Source: Raja brachyura
Taxonomy: Eukaryota
NCBI GenBank assembly: GCA_963514005.1
Contig: OY740797.1
Location: 19,902,001 to 19,966,000, forward strand
Direction: 5' to 3'
DNA length: 64,000 nucleotides
A program made the position numbers and the translations under genes. Position 1 is the first letter of the stretch, and each line of letters opens with the position of its first letter. Positions 62,021-64,000 of this stretch are shown here, piece by piece. The notes below the pieces were generated by a model that saw nothing but the letters and a program-made list of their open reading frames with translations, did not search any database and was not told where the DNA came from.

Positions 62021-64000
62021 AATAGTAAGATTAAATGAGAACTTACCAGTTTGAAGTTTGATCTTTATTTTATGAGGAGTTACGATGAGGGATTACGTGA
62101 AGACCCCGCCAGCACGCATGCGCGACATTCTTCAAAGCAGTGGTGTGAAATCACAGACAGCAACGTAGACTAATATAGTAAGATAAGAGAGAACTTTCAT
62201 ACCAGTTGATCTTTATAATAGAGGGTTTGGGAGCGGAGGGCACGTAATCCCTCATCGTAACTCCTCATAAAATAAAGATCAAACTTCAAACTGGTAAGTT
62301 CTCATTTAATCTTACTATTTTACTTCGGAGTCACGTGAGTGACTACGTGAAGATTTCAAAGCTCTGTGATTTCATGCCCTGGAACACCCCATGCTCACAC
62401 ACTGCTATGCTGGGATAAGAGGATGAACGTATTTCAGACATGACACTGGCTGAAAAACAAAATAGGTATTTATTCATACCAAAAACAAAATATATATCCC
62501 ATATAGGGTAATTATTTAGCAGAACTCAAAATGCTTCCTGCAAAAGAGTCAGGAGAGGCCACGGGTTTGTTATAAAAGCGTTGAAACGTCTTCTCTTTGC
62601 TCCAACCCGCTGTGGCCAGGATGTGGTCCATGGGTACTTCCATCATCCTAGCTGCCGAAGTGGATGCTGCCCTGGTGGAGTGGGATTTAAAAATATTAGT
62701 GTCCACCCCCGCCGCATCCAGTACCACCCTTAACCATCTAGATATGGTTTGCACCGTGACTTTGTGGTGGGGCTTTTTGTGGCTTATAAGCAAAGCTTTC
62801 TCTGTGCCCCTGAGAGACTTGGTGACTGAAATGTAACGTGATATCAAAGTGACGATGCAGAGTCGAGTATCTGCTGGATAGGCTAGAACTCTAATGTATG
62901 TCCAGACGATCCGGGTCGATCTTGTTTTAACAGCCCCTGCATATGAAAAGTGATTTTGCCATTGGAGATAGTCATGGCATCCAGATTTAACTTGTGCAGG
63001 GACTGGACCCGTTGTGCCGTGACAAGTGCCATAATCATTACCATTTTGTAGGTGAGTTTGTCCAAGGTGAGCCCCGAGTTTGGTGTCCATCCTCGCAACA
63101 TAGTCAATACTATGCTGATATCCCACGTGTGGTTGTATCTGGGCCTGGGGGGATTGGAATTAAATATTCCTCTCATTAGCTTAGACACTAATGGATGTGA
63201 TCCAATGCCCAGTTGATCACTCCCCTTGCCCAGATAGGTTGATAGGGCACTCCTGGCACAATTAATGGCACTGTAGCTTAATCCTTCATCGTAGTGAAGG
63301 GTAGCCAGGAATTCCAGAACTTCCGTGATGGTAGCCGATTCGTAGGTTGTGTTTGTTGTAGAGCAGAACACTTCCCACTTCCTGATGTAGGTCAGGTACT
63401 GTTTCCTAGTGGACTCCCTGCATGACGCTGAGATGGTATCTATTGTTCTGTTGGTGAGTCCGTATCCCAGAAGTGGCCGTTTCAGAATCTGCAAATCAAC
63501 AGGTCCATGCGGTCATGACATGGATGGTGTTCCCCTGTGACGGGATGTATTAATAGGCTAGGTCGTTTGTTGACCCGAATACAAGGTTCTGTGACCATCT
63601 TCTGTACCGCTGGGAACCATGGTTGGGTAGGCCAGTCGGGCACAACCAAAATACCCGATGCGGAGTCTTGTCTGATTTTTTGCAAGACCCGACTGATGAG
63701 GCAGAAGGGGGGAAAGGCATAACAGAACAAATCCCCCCAATGTAGCGTGAAAACGTCCATTGCTACTGCCCCTGGGTCTGGCTCCCAAGCAACATATGTG
63801 GGCTGTTGGTGATTTAATCTGGATGCAAAAAGGTCGATATCTGGTGTCCCATAACGTTCTACAATATCTGTGAACACTTTCCGATCCAACATCCATTCTA
63901 TGTTGTTGTTGAATTTGCGTGACCTGGTGTCTGCCACTGTGTTTAGCTTACCTGGAAGGTAAGTGGCTGAAATCCAAATTTCCCTTTGCAGACACCAGTG
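62021..64000 (-). mobile_element. DIRS1-type retrotransposon D (3' part; runs off the window)
   Basis: MT-like 63482-63937; YR 62512-63494 (frameshift); 3' ITR and ICR 62021-62352; AAT junction 12 nt upstream of the paralog-2 ATG. Confidence 0.93.

Overview
This is vertebrate genomic DNA, most likely an elasmobranch (skate/ray); that assignment is inferred from the repeat families (CR1 with (TTTCTATG)n tails, HE1/V-SINE-like SINEs, Penelope tails). The only host gene I can reconstruct is on the minus strand: a six-exon immunoglobulin-superfamily receptor (10408-18965, ~331 aa). It has a leader, a germline-joined VJ-type V domain, a C1-set domain, an uncharged TM and a SIRP-like tyrosine-motif tail. 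All splice phases are compatible and an AATAAA follows the stop. A tandem paralog (~41300-62008) has an intact leader and V exon but broken C1 and TM exons, and four DIRS1-type tyrosine-recombinase retrotransposons have inserted into or next to it, three at clear ATT junctions. The rest is layered mobile DNA: a Gypsy element with two nested CR1s (404-7797), an ERV-like LTR pair (29819-35520) carrying a DNA transposon and a BEL/Pao 3' fragment, many CR1, Penelope and SINE fragments, Helitron-like ends, and an orphan CCAAT-array promoter-like site. Coordinates were read by eye and may be off by a few bases. No database searches were run.
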